From the IMG/VR virus record IMGVR_UViG_3300048930_000898: 64,000 nt of DNA. One strand, 5' to 3'. The translations under genes and the position numbers were made by a program. Source of the DNA: an uncultured virus (IMG/VR IMGVR_UViG_3300048930_000898). Lineage: Duplodnaviria; Heunggongvirae; Uroviricota; Caudoviricetes. The notes beneath the pieces are model-generated. The model did not search any database. It was not told the DNA's origin and saw only the letters and a list, made by a program, of their open reading frames with translations. Shown one piece after another: positions 63,106 through 64,000 of the stretch (position 1 is its first letter; the number at the start of each line of letters is the position of its first letter).

Positions 63106-64000
63106 TTACTCTTCTGATTCACCGGATGGCTCGCCAACTAATTTCATGCCGTCTTTTGTAATATCTATCTGAATTTTTTTATGTAAATTTGCCCCGTCAA
63201 ATAAATGTGATTTGTAGAGCGTCCACTGTACACGAGCACCAATTCTTACCTGTTCACCTTTAACAGTCTTTTCAAGCCACTTGAAGCGACTAGTTTGAAA
63301 AGTAAGCGCACTGAAGAAGTCTACGGCATTGCCGCCTGCGTTTGTGCGACCCGGCGACCCCATGTTGGCATAGGTCTGGTTAATAACCAGGATGTGAATT
63401 TTATCTTTGTTTAGCTTAGGAACAAGTCTACGAAAACCTCTCTTGTTTACCTTAGCGGCAAGACCCATCTGCAGACTGTCGTCAACGTCAGTATCAGCCT
63501 CCGCCCTGGCTGGAGTATTACCGAGGCTATCAAAAACAACTAGAATTCGACCATCTGGGTCTGCTTCTTTAATGTATTCAATATACTTATCAATACCATC
63601 ATAAGCATCTTCCAGATAGTCGGGTCTGATAAGAGCAATTTGTTCAGGATCTACACCGCGAGAAGTAAGCCGTGCCCCAGTGGTCTTTTTCTCTGTATCT
63701 ACCAAAATAACATGCACCCCTTGGGCTTGGGCATTCTTAATAGCTTCAATAGCAAAAGATGTATTATGGGTAACTGTAAAGTCTCCTAAGAGGAAAAGAG
63801 GGTCTTCTACTAAGGTAAACCCGTAATAGTCTCCTACCCCCAATGATTCAATCTTAAAGCCTGTAGTTAATGGATTTCGGTTACCATTGAAAGGAAGTGC
63901 TTTCTTTCTTTGCACACGACATGGAATTACATTTGTGTTTCCAGAGATTGAAATTCGATAATACTTTCCAGAAAAGCCGGTGGATTTAATAGTGCCGATT
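63106..64000 (-). CDS. RecA/UvsX-like recombinase with intein, 5' end outside the window
   Basis: Frame open to 64000; VDTEK, VVFDSL, MGLAAK, INQ, GGNAVDF. Confidence 0.9.
   Translation of the reverse strand, partial: IGTIKSTGFSGKYYRISISGNTNVIPCRVQRKKALPFNGNRNPLTTGFKIESLGVGDYYGFTLVEDPLFLLGDFTVTHNTSFAIEAIKNAQAQGVHVILVDTEKKTTGARLTSRGVDPEQIALIRPDYLEDAYDGIDKYIEYIKEADPDGRILVVFDSLGNTPARAEADTDVDDSLQMGLAAKVNKRGFRRLVPKLNKDKIHILVINQTYANMGSPGRTNAGGNAVDFFSALTFQTSRFKWLEKTVKGEQVRIGARVQWTLYKSHLFDGANLHKKIQIDITKDGMKLVGEPSGESEE
63763..64000 (-). mobile_element. Intein C-terminal part in the RecA-like gene
   Basis: YYGFTL...LGDFTVTHN|TSFA; the +1 Thr fits the Walker A GK-T. Confidence 0.9.

Noticed and set aside
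1..64000. tRNA/rRNA genes, integrase, alternative genetic code
   Set aside because: None recognised; genes are full-length and densely packed under the standard code

Overview
A 64 kb segment of a large, AT-rich, tailed dsDNA phage genome with a podovirus-like virion module (standard genetic code). Layout: (1) a leftward block of small early-type genes (1-2140), including a hexapeptide-repeat protein and a T3-like SAM lyase, behind a sigma54-type promoter; (2) a ~1 kb non-coding divergence region (2141-3151); (3) rightward small genes with a ClpP; (4) a long rightward morphogenesis block with terminase, intein-containing portal, scaffold, major capsid protein split by two group I introns, a GIY-YIG + Mom cassette, fibres, tail adaptor and nozzle, ejection-type proteins, a protease and an M15 endolysin, punctuated by eight copies of a TTAATAAGTAGTA motif; (5) a leftward DNA-metabolism and protein-processing block with RecA+intein, SbcD/SbcC, AAA ATPase+intein, RuvC-like nuclease, GNAT, peptide deformylase, a trigger-factor-like FKBP protein, a second ClpP, an exonuclease and a phosphoesterase. 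Best candidates for something new: a phage protein-maturation/degradation module (PDF, trigger-factor-like protein, ClpP, plus small proteins ending in an SspB-like 'HLxVVK' tail), one intein lineage found in three unrelated genes, the doubly spliced capsid gene, and a repeated RNA internal-loop motif in the scaffold and capsid leaders. All family calls come from reading motifs by eye; no database searches were run.
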